This document shows, in pieces, positions 26,222-36,541 of a stretch of DNA of 64,000 bases. Both the position numbers and the translations under genes were made by a program. The notes below the pieces were generated by a model. It did no database searches and was not told the DNA's origin. It was given only the letters and a program-made list of their open reading frames with translations. This DNA comes from Candidatus Sericytochromatia bacterium (lineage in GTDB: Bacteria; Cyanobacteriota; Sericytochromatia; UBA7694): contig CAWCRG010000005.1 in NCBI GenBank assembly GCA_963797915.1, forward strand, positions 14,844 through 78,843, in the 5' to 3' direction. The stretch's first letter is position 1. The number at the start of each line of letters is the position of its first letter.

Positions 26222-27409
26222 ATGAGGTACCTACAGGGGGCAGCCTTCGGGCTGTCCTTTTTTTGCTTTTCTCTTTGTTTGCTGTGGGGTCCTGCACATT
26301 ATGCTCAGGCCAGTGTGCTCACAGAGACGTATCAGCAGCTTTCTCAAAGTCTGTCGGTAGAAGCTGATTTCAAAGCGGGCTGGATGGGTTTTACAACGCG
26401 TGAAAACCCGCAAGAATTTTTGCATTTATCTGCCGATACTTCGCTGCGCGCCGGGCGCTTTGGCGAGCTATGGATTACCCTGGCGCTACTCAAGCAATTG
26501 GAACAACAGAAGATCAGCTTAAACGATCCCGTCAATTTTTACCTGAACGACTTTCAGTTATTGCAAACCCAGGGAGATATTCAGCTCAATCACCTGCTGA
26601 GTCGTCAGAGTGGCCTCGCTTTGCGCCAGAGTAATTTTTACCTGAGCGATCCTGTGCGCATACCTACTTTGAGAGACAGTATTGTACAAGAGCTTAAGCC
26701 AGCGATTTTACCTCCGGGTGAAGAAGTCACCTATCAAAGTGTGGGTGATCTTGTTTCGGCACAGTTGCTGGTGGAGTTGGTTTCTCAGTCTCGCAATCGC
26801 GCAGTGCCCCTGAACGAAATTTTACTGACACACTTTGCACCTCTGGGCTGGAAGCACACCTCACCTTTTCTGGCAAAGACAGGGCAGGAGTATCAAGCGG
26901 CGCTGGCTGGATCAGCCCCTGGTTTTGCTGACTTTCCTGCGGCCTGGAGCACGGCACCCGCTGTGCATGGTTATCTGACTTCTTTGGAGGATCTCTCTCA
27001 GTTTTTGAACGCGCTGTTGAAGGCACAACCCCCATTTTCAGCTTTGCGTCAGCAGCAATTGCTGGAGCGTAAAGGTGGAGAGCCCAGTCTGGGATTGTTT
27101 TCAGGTCGTGTCGGTGAGCTGGATTATAAATATATGGACAGCCGCTTGTTTGGTCAAACCTTGCGTTTGGTGGTTTTCCCAGAACATCAGGCCGGTTTTG
27201 TTCTTTACTATAATCACAGCAATCCTGATTTTGCCGCTGCGTTTACCCAGCGCTTTGCCCAGACCTATGTTCAGCCCAGAAAACCGAGGCCGCAATGCCA
27301 GAAAAGGATCCGCACCGACATTAGACGCTCTACCGCCTATTTACGTTTGTCTACACGAGATCAGGTGTCTTTGCTCACCGTTCTCGATATTCTGTCACCG
27401 CGACGTTAA
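26222..27409 (+). CDS. beta-lactamase-fold (serine hydrolase-like) protein lacking the SxxK motif
   Basis: The ATG at 26222 gives a signal peptide. LRAGRFGELWITLALLKQLEQQKISLNDPV aligns with the FRIGSxSKxFT..L.eeGKL.LdDPV block, but Ser and Lys are replaced by Arg and Glu. The 3' end is frame-disturbed. Confidence 0.55.
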   Translation: MRYLQGAAFGLSFFCFSLCLLWGPAHYAQASVLTETYQQLSQSLSVEADFKAGWMGFTTRENPQEFLHLSADTSLRAGRFGELWITLALLKQLEQQKISLNDPVNFYLNDFQLLQTQGDIQLNHLLSRQSGLALRQSNFYLSDPVRIPTLRDSIVQELKPAILPPGEEVTYQSVGDLVSAQLLVELVSQSRNRAVPLNEILLTHFAPLGWKHTSPFLAKTGQEYQAALAGSAPGFADFPAAWSTAPAVHGYLTSLEDLSQFLNALLKAQPPFSALRQQQLLERKGGEPSLGLFSGRVGELDYKYMDSRLFGQTLRLVVFPEHQAGFVLYYNHSNPDFAAAFTQRFAQTYVQPRKPRPQCQKRIRTDIRRSTAYLRLSTRDQVSLLTVLDILSPRR

Positions 27410-27508
27410 TTTCATGGAACTGTTGACCGAAAACAGTTAACCTATCGTGGGCAATCCTGGAAACAGCAAGGGAAATCACCTGTTTACCAAAATACATGGG
27501 GAGAACAG

Positions 27509-28078
27509 GTGCGTTGGGATGGGCAATACCTTCAAGAACTGGGAGCAGATCAGGCGCTGTGGTATCCTGCGAGCGGTTGGCATCGACCTCAAACACAATG
27601 GGCAATTGCCGCCTTCTTTTTTCTGTGCTTTATCGGGTTTTTGAGCTTTTCTGCGCGTGGGCTTTGGTTGTATGAGCCGGTGCTAAAAGACCACGCCTTG
27701 TCTGCTGAGGACATCGCCAGCGAAGAAGAGAGTCATTCGAATACAAATGTGTCTCAGGAGTCCTGGGACTTACCGCTTTTATCTCTGCTGAATAGCGTGT
27801 GTGTGACCGCGTTTTTTCCGCTGTTTTATTTTGGGCTTGTGGGGACTCAGCTGAGTGTTGCTTTTCGCAATCAGCCCACGCCCCTGTTGATTGCAGGGTT
27901 AGTGGCTCCCTTATTTGCGCTGGTCAGTGCGCTTATCTTGACCTTACTACTCTTGAGTGAGTGGAAAGCCAGAGCCTGGCAACCGGGGCATAAGTATGTT
28001 TACTTAACCCAGGTTGCTTTGGTCATGCTTTTTATATTCTGGCTGGCGTCCTGGAACTTACTGGGCTTTCGCTTTTAA
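27509..28078 (+). CDS. multi-pass membrane protein, possibly the detached C-terminal domain of the preceding gene
   Basis: It has a GTG start and four predicted TM helices. Several frames between 27290 and 27510 read through as plausible continuations of the upstream gene. Confidence 0.4.
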   Translation: MRWDGQYLQELGADQALWYPASGWHRPQTQWAIAAFFFLCFIGFLSFSARGLWLYEPVLKDHALSAEDIASEEESHSNTNVSQESWDLPLLSLLNSVCVTAFFPLFYFGLVGTQLSVAFRNQPTPLLIAGLVAPLFALVSALILTLLLLSEWKARAWQPGHKYVYLTQVALVMLFIFWLASWNLLGFRF

Positions 28079-28093
28079 CGGGCCGGTGCGCTT

Positions 28094-28582
28094 TTAGGTG
28101 ATCTGACGCAGCACGTCGATCATTTCCAGGGCACCCTGGGCACATTCCCAGCCCTTGTTGCCTGCTTTTGAGCCGGCCCGCTCTAAAGATTGCTCAATGT
28201 TTTCTACGGTCAGGATGCCGTTCATGACGGGTATGCCGGCATCCATTCCCACCTGAGCCGTGGCCTGGGTAGCAAAACCAGCCACATATTCAAAGTGAGA
28301 CGTGGCTCCCCGAATAACGGCACCGAGGGCAACGAGCGCATCGTATTTGCGGCTTTGGGCCATTTTTTGCAGGGCAATGGGAACTTCCAGAGCACCGGGC
28401 ACATAGACCACGGTAATTTCTTCACTGTCTACGCCGTGGCGGTGAAGACAATCCAGGGCGCCGCTGAGGAGCGCTTTGGTAATGAGTTCGTTAAAGCGAG
28501 CCACGACAATACCTATACGGCTGCCTTGACCTTTGAATTGACCTTCAATGAGCTGAACTTGAGAAAGAGCTGCGTTTTGCAT
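28094..28582 (-). CDS. ribH: 6,7-dimethyl-8-ribityllumazine synthase
   Basis: The full-length sequence is typical of the family (RIGIVVARFNELIT, GAVIRGATSHFEYV). Confidence 0.93.
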   Translation of the reverse strand: MQNAALSQVQLIEGQFKGQGSRIGIVVARFNELITKALLSGALDCLHRHGVDSEEITVVYVPGALEVPIALQKMAQSRKYDALVALGAVIRGATSHFEYVAGFATQATAQVGMDAGIPVMNGILTVENIEQSLERAGSKAGNKGWECAQGALEMIDVLRQIT

Positions 28583-28591
28583 GATGTATCC

Positions 28592-29818
28592 TTACTTTTT
28601 TGCGTTGCCTAAAATTTGATGTCCCATTTTATCGCGCTTGGTTTGTAAATATTTTTTGTTGCTGTCTTTATGGGCGACTTCGATGGGTTCTCGCCCCACC
28701 ACTTCCAGGCCGAACCCGTCAATGCCTACAATTTTACGCGGGTTGTTGGTCATAAGCACCATTTGCTTGATGCCCAGGAGCTTGATCATTTGCGCACCAA
28801 AGCCATAATTTCTAAGGTCTGCTTTGTAGCCTAACTTCAGATTGGCTTCTACCGTGTCATAGCCTTTTTCTTGTAGCGCATAGGCTCGCATTTTTGCGAC
28901 AAAACCAATGCCGCGCCCTTCCTGGCGAAGGTATAAAAGCGCGCCCCTGCCGGCCTGTGCAATTTTATACATGGCTTTATCGAGCTGCTCTCCGCAGTCG
29001 CAGCGCCCCGATCCAAAAGTGTCTCCGGTGAGGCACTCCGAATGTACCCGCACAAGGGCGGGTTCTTCAGTGCTTACATCACCTTTGACAAAAGCGATGT
29101 GGTGTTCTGTGGGATCATAGGTATTCACAAAAGTCACCACTTTAAAGTCTCCCCACCGGGTGGGAATCTCTACTTCAGAATCGATTTTCACAAAGGCTTC
29201 TTTATGCATTTTGTACTGAATCAGCGCTTGAATGGTGATAAATTTAAGTTGGTGTTGTTTGGCGATTTTGATTAACTCAGGAACACGGGCCATGCTTCCG
29301 TCTTCATTCATAATCTCGCACAATACCCCTGCTGATTCAAAGCCCGCCATGCGCGAGAGATCGAGAGCTGCTTCGGTGTGACCGGCCCGGCGCAATACGC
29401 CTCCCTTTTGAGACACCAGCGGAAAGATATGGCCTGGACGGGCCAGATCGGTGGCCTGCGTCTTGGGGTTGACCAGGGCTTGAATGGTATTTGCGCGATC
29501 GAAGGCAGATATGCCGGTGGTATTCGTGGGCCAGTGATCCACAGACACCGTGAAATTGGTGGAAACCTGGGCAAATTTACCATGGTTGTTTTGGGCGACC
29601 ATCATCTCCAGTTCCAGGGCTTTGGCGCGCTCTTCGCTAATGGAGACACAAATAAGGCCTCTTCCATGGGTGGCCATGAAGTTGATCGCTTCAGGCGTGG
29701 CCTTTTCGGCGGCCATGATGAAGTCCCCTTCGTTCTCACGATCCTCGTCATCTACAACAATAATGATCTCCCCGGCCTTTAAGGCCTTTAGGGCATCTTC
29801 TACAGTGTCAAAACTCAT
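28592..29818 (-). CDS. ribBA: bifunctional 3,4-dihydroxy-2-butanone-4-phosphate synthase / GTP cyclohydrolase II
   Basis: DDEDRENEGDFIMAAE marks the DHBP synthase part. VRVHSECLTGDTFGSGRCDCGEQL marks the GTP cyclohydrolase II part. Confidence 0.93.
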   Translation of the reverse strand: MSFDTVEDALKALKAGEIIIVVDDEDRENEGDFIMAAEKATPEAINFMATHGRGLICVSISEERAKALELEMMVAQNNHGKFAQVSTNFTVSVDHWPTNTTGISAFDRANTIQALVNPKTQATDLARPGHIFPLVSQKGGVLRRAGHTEAALDLSRMAGFESAGVLCEIMNEDGSMARVPELIKIAKQHQLKFITIQALIQYKMHKEAFVKIDSEVEIPTRWGDFKVVTFVNTYDPTEHHIAFVKGDVSTEEPALVRVHSECLTGDTFGSGRCDCGEQLDKAMYKIAQAGRGALLYLRQEGRGIGFVAKMRAYALQEKGYDTVEANLKLGYKADLRNYGFGAQMIKLLGIKQMVLMTNNPRKIVGIDGFGLEVVGREPIEVAHKDSNKKYLQTKRDKMGHQILGNAKK

Positions 29819-30435
29819 GATGGGTTTCCTTTGGAAGCGTGATAAGGCTGCGTAAACTGATGAACCATTTTTGCCAGCATATCGACTTCAATATTGACGC
29901 ATTGTCCCACAGTGTATAAGCCAAAGGTGGTGACTTTCCAGGTGTGGGGAATAATTGAAACGTAAGCCTCACAGGTTTCGGGCTCTAAATGGGCCAGGGT
30001 CAATGAGACGCCGTCAATGGCAATCGAGCCCTCTTGAATGCAGTATTGAAAAAGATCAGGCGGCAGTGAAAGCCCGACGTATTTATTCTCTCCCCGATGG
30101 GTAATCGAAGATACCGTGGCCGTTCCGTTGACGTGCCCTTGCACAAAATGGCCGCCCATGCGCTGGGTAGGTAGCATGGCGCGTTCTAGATTAACGGCTG
30201 TGCCGTCGGTGAGTTGATTAAAATTGGTTTTTTCGAGGGTTTCTTTAATTGACTGAACCACAAATTGGTGTTCACTTATTGCAATAATCGTTTGGCAGCA
30301 GCCGTTGATGGCAATAGAGTCATCGACCTTGAGGTCGGAAAATACTTTTTCTGCCGCGACAGTAAAAGCGACCCCGCCGTCAAAGCTTGTCTTGCTTTGA
30401 ATCGTCCCAATTTCCTCGATTAATCCGGTAAACAT
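29815..30435 (-). CDS. ribE: riboflavin synthase
   Basis: It starts MFTGLIEEIG and has the two lumazine-binding repeats. It overlaps ribBA by 4 nt. Confidence 0.9.
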   Translation of the reverse strand: MFTGLIEEIGTIQSKTSFDGGVAFTVAAEKVFSDLKVDDSIAINGCCQTIIAISEHQFVVQSIKETLEKTNFNQLTDGTAVNLERAMLPTQRMGGHFVQGHVNGTATVSSITHRGENKYVGLSLPPDLFQYCIQEGSIAIDGVSLTLAHLEPETCEAYVSIIPHTWKVTTFGLYTVGQCVNIEVDMLAKMVHQFTQPYHASKGNPS

Positions 30436-31552
30436 GTTTGAAAGTGTCCTTCGCAGAGTATTTGCTGTTCTACTGTTTCGTAACTCACGTCATAAAGCTG
30501 AAGTGCTTCTTGCATTGTGACATGATGCAAATCTCCGATGGCAGCGGTTCCATGACCCAAAATTTTGGGTGCAATCGCAATGTGTACACTATCCGCTAAT
30601 TTTTCTTGCAAAAGAGCGGTGATTAAGCCGGCGCCTCCCTCCACAAGCACGGAGGTAATGTTTTGTGCGTAGAGTTGCTGTAGCACTTGATTGAGGTCTA
30701 CTTTTTTCTGTGCGTTGCAAGTGACTGCTATTAATTGCGCCTTACTCTTGGCATAATCGTTTCCGCTTTGATGTATGGCCTGTGCTGAAGTGTATATTCG
30801 GGTTCTTTCGGCGTCATCGTCTTGACAGAGATGGTGACTGGCGGGAGTGACGAGCTGGCTATCAATCACCACTCGCCAGGGGTTTCTTCCGGGAACGTGT
30901 CTGACATTGAGGCGGGGATTGTCATGAACGGCTGTGTTGGAGCCCACCATGACGGCGTCATAGCTCGCTCTGAGTTGATGCCCGCGTGTACGCGCTGCGA
31001 CATTGGTAATCCACTGGCTGTCACCCGTGACGGTGGCAATGCGACCATCGAGGGTCTGCGCCATTTTTAATAAAATATGGGGGCGACCTTTTAAAATGTG
31101 GGTGCTAAAAATACGGTTCAGATGGCGGGATTCATAGGCGCATATATCGGTAAGTACTTCAATGCCAGCAGCTCTGATTTGTGCTATACCTTGTCCTTGC
31201 ACTTTGGGGTTAGGGTCTTGCATACCGATCACCACCCGCTCAAATCCTGCAGCGATGATCTGGGGGGCACAGGGTGGGTTGATTTTTTTGAGATCCTTAT
31301 GGGAGCAGGGCTCTAAATTACAATAGAGCGTACTCCCTGGGGAACGCTGCGAGAGCCAAAGCGGGCCTCAAATTGATTCAGAGCGTCAATTTCAGCATGC
31401 ACCGCGCCGTGTTGACGGTGAAATCCCTCTGCGAGCACTTCTTGATGGGCTGAGACAATCACTGCGCCCACCAGCGGGTTTGGAGACACCTTTCCCGTAC
31501 CCTGACGGGCCAGGGCAAGCGCCCGTTGCATGTGGCGCTGATGAAGGCTCAA
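30420..31552 (-). pseudogene. ribD: riboflavin biosynthesis deaminase/reductase RibD, interrupted by one frameshift near 31335
   Basis: The deaminase ORF is 31313..31552 (HAEIDAL) and the reductase ORF is 30420..31235. A third frame bridges them ([38 protein letters not shown]). The site is a G-run. Confidence 0.85.
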
Positions 31553-31834
31553 TTACGACCCCTTGTGGAGCACGTCTTGCACAAAGAGCTGCACCAGTTG
31601 CAGCTTGTCATACCATTTTTGTTGATCAATGAGATCAGTTTCTGGTTTGCGGGTATCTTGCTGCGTGTTTTCATAATAGGCATAATAATCTTCGGCGAGG
31701 GGGCCTTGTTCTAATTCAGAGTGAATAGTTTCCCATTGTTGGGCAAGGGTTTTGGCTTCAGCAGTGGACGGATCTTTGGCCTCCGCCAGTTGAATCAATT
31801 GTGTAAACAGGGGTTGCCAGGTATTCTTTTTCAT
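31553..31834 (-). CDS. hypothetical protein (93 aa) abutting ribD
   Basis: This ORF sits in the operon gap and its stop is adjacent to the ribD ATG. I recognise no family. Confidence 0.5.
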   Translation of the reverse strand: MKKNTWQPLFTQLIQLAEAKDPSTAEAKTLAQQWETIHSELEQGPLAEDYYAYYENTQQDTRKPETDLIDQQKWYDKLQLVQLFVQDVLHKGS

Positions 31835-31839
31835 GACGG

Positions 31840-33249
31840 TTAGCTAAGTCCTTTGCGTTGAATCGATTGGCGAATCTCTTGTTTATATAAACGTACTTTG
31901 GGTAAGTTGGCATTCGCCTCGGCGAAGTTGTTAAAGGCAATCACAGCGCTATACACGTTTGCTTCTCCTTCGGCCTGTAAAGCCACCTGATAAAGGCGGT
32001 CCAGTTCTTTACTGGGATCGGGAGGACGCAGGCGCTCACGTAACGTATCCAGATCGGTGTGAACTTCTTTTGTCATGCCACTTTTAAGGGTGGCAATAAA
32101 TTCTGAGGTATACCGGAATACCTCACGACGATTACCAAAATAGCCGCGGCTTTCGCAATGTTCTACAAACTCCGTCATCTGACGAAGAACCCGTTGATCG
32201 CTTGCTTTTTTAATCTCTGGGTAATCGACTTTTTTGAAGTACTCCACATAAATATGCAGCGCCTTGTGCAGTTTTTGAAATTCTTCCAAAGTGAGGGATG
32301 GGGGCTCTTTCTTTTGGTCAATGACCTTGAGCACCTTCATTAACGCCTGGGTCAACTCTTGCTCTTCTTGTAAAAGGGCCAGTTTATGATCTCGTTCAAG
32401 CTTTTGTCTTTCGCCTGGCGCGTTGTACACCATATAAATAGAGGAGTGAATGCTGTTAAAGGTAATATTAACGATAAAATACTCACCGTTGCTCATGGCT
32501 TCCTGAATCACTTCGCGATTGCGCTGGATTTCAGTTTCAATTAAGCTGGTGGCCATATCGTCCAGGGTTTTTTGCATCACCTGATAACGGTACACTTCTT
32601 CAGGAGACATCGACGTGTGGTGCTTGTCAAAAAAGGCTTCGCCTTCTCCTGTGGCCTGGCTCATATGACGGGTGATTTCGCCGAGATTAATTTCTTGACG
32701 CATATACTGATCGCAGTAGTATCCAAAAGCGACGCAATGCTGCGCAAAGGTGGTTAAAAACGCGTCCACATCAATGGATGGATCTCTCACTGGTGTCTGA
32801 GCGGGAGATGGATCCTGTACTTTCTCTGGTGGAGGTTCTGGTCGCGCTTCTGGTGGAGAGGGTGTGGGCTCAGAAGGAGGCGGTGGAGCGGGCGCCTTTT
32901 TTTCTTCGAAAGGTGAAAAACTGAAGTCGTCTTCGGGGCCAAAGAGAGAGGTAATTCCTTCCGGTACTTCCGCAGGAGCAGGAGCAGGAGCAGGAGCGTC
33001 TTCGAAAAGTGCTGAAATTAAATCTTCTTCTGAACTGAGCAGCGGGAAGGACGCCGAGTGGTTTTGCGCAGGCGGATTTACCACCGTTTCCTGGGGGGGG
33101 GCGGGCTCAAACAAGCTTTTAATGTCATCAGGAACCGCACTCTCTGATCCAAAGAGTTCAGCGATATCCTGAGCACTTAATAGTTCCTCAAAAGCTTCGC
33201 TATCCGTCATGACACACGTATGATGGCGATTAGTTTGGGTGGCATACAA
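31840..33249 (-). CDS. hypothetical protein (469 aa) with an acidic/Pro-rich N-terminal half
   Basis: It is a long ORF with low-complexity APAPAPAE and PPPPSEPTPSPPEARPEPPPE stretches. I recognise no family. Confidence 0.6.
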   Translation of the reverse strand: MYATQTNRHHTCVMTDSEAFEELLSAQDIAELFGSESAVPDDIKSLFEPAPPQETVVNPPAQNHSASFPLLSSEEDLISALFEDAPAPAPAPAEVPEGITSLFGPEDDFSFSPFEEKKAPAPPPPSEPTPSPPEARPEPPPEKVQDPSPAQTPVRDPSIDVDAFLTTFAQHCVAFGYYCDQYMRQEINLGEITRHMSQATGEGEAFFDKHHTSMSPEEVYRYQVMQKTLDDMATSLIETEIQRNREVIQEAMSNGEYFIVNITFNSIHSSIYMVYNAPGERQKLERDHKLALLQEEQELTQALMKVLKVIDQKKEPPSLTLEEFQKLHKALHIYVEYFKKVDYPEIKKASDQRVLRQMTEFVEHCESRGYFGNRREVFRYTSEFIATLKSGMTKEVHTDLDTLRERLRPPDPSKELDRLYQVALQAEGEANVYSAVIAFNNFAEANANLPKVRLYKQEIRQSIQRKGLS

Positions 33250-33313
33250 CGCATCTTGTTTTTATCATTTGATCTCATCATCTGTTTTCATCATCTGTTT
33301 TCATCATATCAGG

Positions 33314-33349
33314 CTCTGGCAGGAGATCCAATGTTACCTCCTGCCAGAG
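33314..33349. other. perfect 12-bp stem-loop downstream of thrS
   Basis: The sequence is CTCTGGCAGGAG-N12-CTCCTGCCAGAG, with no T-run on either side. Confidence 0.5.
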
Positions 33350-33386
33350 GTAAACACAATGGGCGCAACGCGTAATATTGCTGGGC

Positions 33387-35183
33387 TTATCTGGCGTATG
33401 CTTCAGGGTCAATGAAGTCTACATTGGCCTCTATTTGTAGTTTATCAATAAATGCCGCAATAGAAAGTGATCCTTCATTGCCGCTGCGCAGTCCTCTGAC
33501 GGAGACAGAGTTGGACTCCATTTCGCGGTCGCCCACCACTAACATATAGGGAATCTGTTGCAGTTGTGCTTCACGAATCTTGTAATTAACACTTTCATTG
33601 CGTACGTCTAGATGGGCGCGTAATCCGGCTTCTTTTAGCATTTTGAACACCGACTCTGCATATTCAAGGTGGGTTTCTCCGAGGTTGATGACCGTACATT
33701 GAATAGGAGCAAGCCAGGCCGGGAACGCACCGGCATAGTGTTCAATTAAAATGCCGATAAAGCGCTCTAAAGAACCATAAATTGCCCGGTGAATAACAAT
33801 GGGAGTTTGCTGCTCATTATTGGCATCTACATACTTTAGATCAAAGCGTAAGGGCAGTTGAAAGTCGAGCTGAACAGTAGCGGTTTGCCATTCTCTACCT
33901 AAGGCATCTTCGATAATAAAATCAAGTTTAGGGCCGTAAAAGGCACCATCGCCTTCATTGATCTCGTAGTTAAAGCCTTCTTCTTGAATGACTTTGGCCA
34001 GGCTGGCTTCCGCGGCGTTCCACATTTCCAGTTCGCCCAAATACTCTTCTGGACGGGTAGATAAGTAGACTTTGCTAAACTTCATGTCGAAGACTTCGTA
34101 GGTGCTTCTGGCGCATGCGCAGCAATTGGCGCAGTTCGCTCTCGATTTGATCGGGCGTTACAAACAGGTGGGCGTCGTCCTGACAAAACATGCGTACGCG
34201 GGTCAGGCCTGAAAGAGCACCGGATTTTTCATTGCGGTGAAGCACGCCCTGATCGTGAATACGCAGGGGCAGGTCACGGTAACTGCGGGTCTCAGATTTA
34301 AAGATCAACATGTGGCTGGGGCAGTTCATGGGCTTTAAGCCCAGCGCGTTGCGCTCATTTTCGGGTTTGTCGGCATCTCCGTCTTCGTCAAAAATGAACA
34401 TGTCTTCCTGGTAATGATCCCAGTGGCCGGAGGTTTCCGACAGGCGCTTGTTAAAGAGTTGGGGGGTGCGCACTTCAACATAGCCATTGCGCAGGTTGTA
34501 ATTGCGCATTTTTTTGGACAAAATTTTGAAGACGGTGGCCCCTTTCGGTAACCAGAAGGGACTACCCGGTGCAAACTCATGAAACATCACCAAACCCAGT
34601 TCTCGGCCGAGTTTTCGATGATCTCGCTTTTGGGCTTCTTCCAGCATGTACAAATGCTTTTCTAAGTCATCTTTGGTTTTCCAGGCGGTCCCATAAATGC
34701 GCTGTAACATGGGTTTTTTTTCGTCGCCGCGCCAGTAGGCTCCAGATACCTTAAGCAGTTTGAAGTGTTTGCACTGCTTGGTATAGCCCACGTGGGGACC
34801 CGCGCAGAGGTCGGTGAAATCGCCCTCTTTATAGATCATGACGTTTGTCATTAGGAATGCCCTCAATGATTTCGAGCTTATAGTCCTGACCATTTTCTTT
34901 AAACCATTGAAGGGCTTCTGTTGGGCCACTCGTGGCGCTCAAACTTATTATTGCTTTTAATAATCTTTTTCATTTCCGCTTCAATCGCGGTGAGGTCTTC
35001 GGGGGTCAGTGGACGATCGAGATTCATATCATAATAGAAGCCATCTTTGATGACCGGGCCAATGGCAAATTTGGCGCCTTGAAACAGATTGTCTACAGCG
35101 TGGGCCATGATATGGGCCGCCGAATGACGAATGCTGTGCAGTTGAAAGTTAGGATCTTCGCGATCAATAAAATTTTCGTCCAT
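33387..35183 (-). pseudogene. thrS: threonine--tRNA ligase, interrupted by at least three frameshifts; no TGS domain
   Basis: Three ORFs (34899..35183, 34075..34929, 33387..34085) carry HSAAH...CAGPHV (editing domain), the class II core and the anticodon-binding domain. A bridging frame reads TEALQWFKENGQDYKLEIIEGIPNDK. The ATG at 35183 has a GAGGA SD. Confidence 0.88.
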
Positions 35184-35403
35184 AATTATCCTCTTGCGTT
35201 ATCAAACTTCGTGGGGAAAGTAACAAATTTAGACTTCAGCATAACGCATTTTGTTCCCTGAGACAGACGTTTTGACGGGAAGTTGCTGCAAAGAACAAAG
35301 GATTTATTGTATTAAGTTAATGGTCAGGTTATAAAATGGCGGGTACGATGCATACCATTGCTGAATTCCTCTTCTGTTTTCAGCCCTTCAAGGAGTTAAG
35401 TAT

Positions 35404-36541
35404 ATGGCTTTTGTAAATACACCGTTAGAGCAAAGTAAATTAGATGGAGACCTTTCACAGGGACTGTTTGAGGGCATGGATCGTCATGGCCATGAGCAAG
35501 TGGTTCATTTCTCTGATCCCAGTGTGGGCTTACGGGCAATTGTGGCGATTCACAGCACCCAACTGGGTCCCGCCCTGGGCGGAACCCGCATGTGGCCTTA
35601 TGAATCAGAAGCGGATGCCCTTAATGATGTCCTGCGTCTTTCCCGTGGTATGACCTATAAAGCGGCCGTCACCGGCCTCAATCTTGGTGGCGGTAAAGCC
35701 GTCATTATTGGCGACCCTAAAAAAGACAAAAGTGAGGCGCTGTTTCGCACTTTTGGACGTTTTGTCGAGAGTCTGGGTGGCCGTTATATCACGGCTGAAG
35801 ATGTGGGTATTAATGTAGATGATATGGAATACGTGCGCATGGAAACCCAGCACGTTACGGGTCTTTCTCGCGCCATTGGCGGGAGTGGAGATCCTTCGCC
35901 CGTAACGGCTTTAGGGGTTTTTTACGGGATTAAGGCCTGTTTAGACGAACGCTTTGGTGATGATAGTATCAAGGGCCGCCGCATTATGGTGCAGGGCTTA
36001 GGCCATGTGGGAACAGCGCTTGTGGATATGTTGGCAGAGGCTGGCGCTGAGCTGATTCTCACCGATTTAGATATGGATCAAACAGAGGCGTTGGCTAAAA
36101 AAGTAGGCGGCAAGGCTATCCCCCCGGATGAGGTGTTTCTCACCGAAGGCGATGTGTTTTCTCCGGCAGCCCTGGGCGGGGTCATTAACCATACGTCGCT
36201 AGAAAACTTTGGTTACCATATTGTGGCGGGCTCAGCCAATAACCAGCTCGAAGATGAAATGCTGCACGGCGAAATTTTGAAGCGCAAAGGGATTTTGTAT
36301 GCCCCAGATTATGTGATTAATGCCGGGGGCCTGATTAACGTGTGGAACGAACTGCGCGGCTATAACCAGCTAAAAGTAGAAAAAGAAGTGCAAAATATTT
36401 ACTCTACCGTGAAGCAAATTTTTGCGATCTCTAAAGCAGAAGATATTCCCGACCAACCTTGCCTCCAATCGTCTGGCAGAGCGTCGGATCCACCAATTGT
36501 CAAATCTGACCCACTTTCATCTTCCCAACCGCCGCCGTTAG
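35404..36541 (+). pseudogene. leucine dehydrogenase family (Glu/Leu/Phe/Val dehydrogenase) with a frameshift at about 36450
   Basis: GGTRMWPY and KAAVTGLNLGGGKAVI are present. After AEDIP the track frame turns into nonsense, whereas the +1 frame gives TNLASNRLAERRIHQLSNL..., typical of LeuDH C-termini, and stops at 36539-36541. The site is a CC-to-CCC run. Confidence 0.85.

Noticed and set aside
35184-35403. A T-box leader or ThrRS operator upstream of thrS
   Set aside because: The 220-nt spacer is shared with the divergent leucine dehydrogenase gene. It lacks the T-box consensus and a specifier/terminator architecture.
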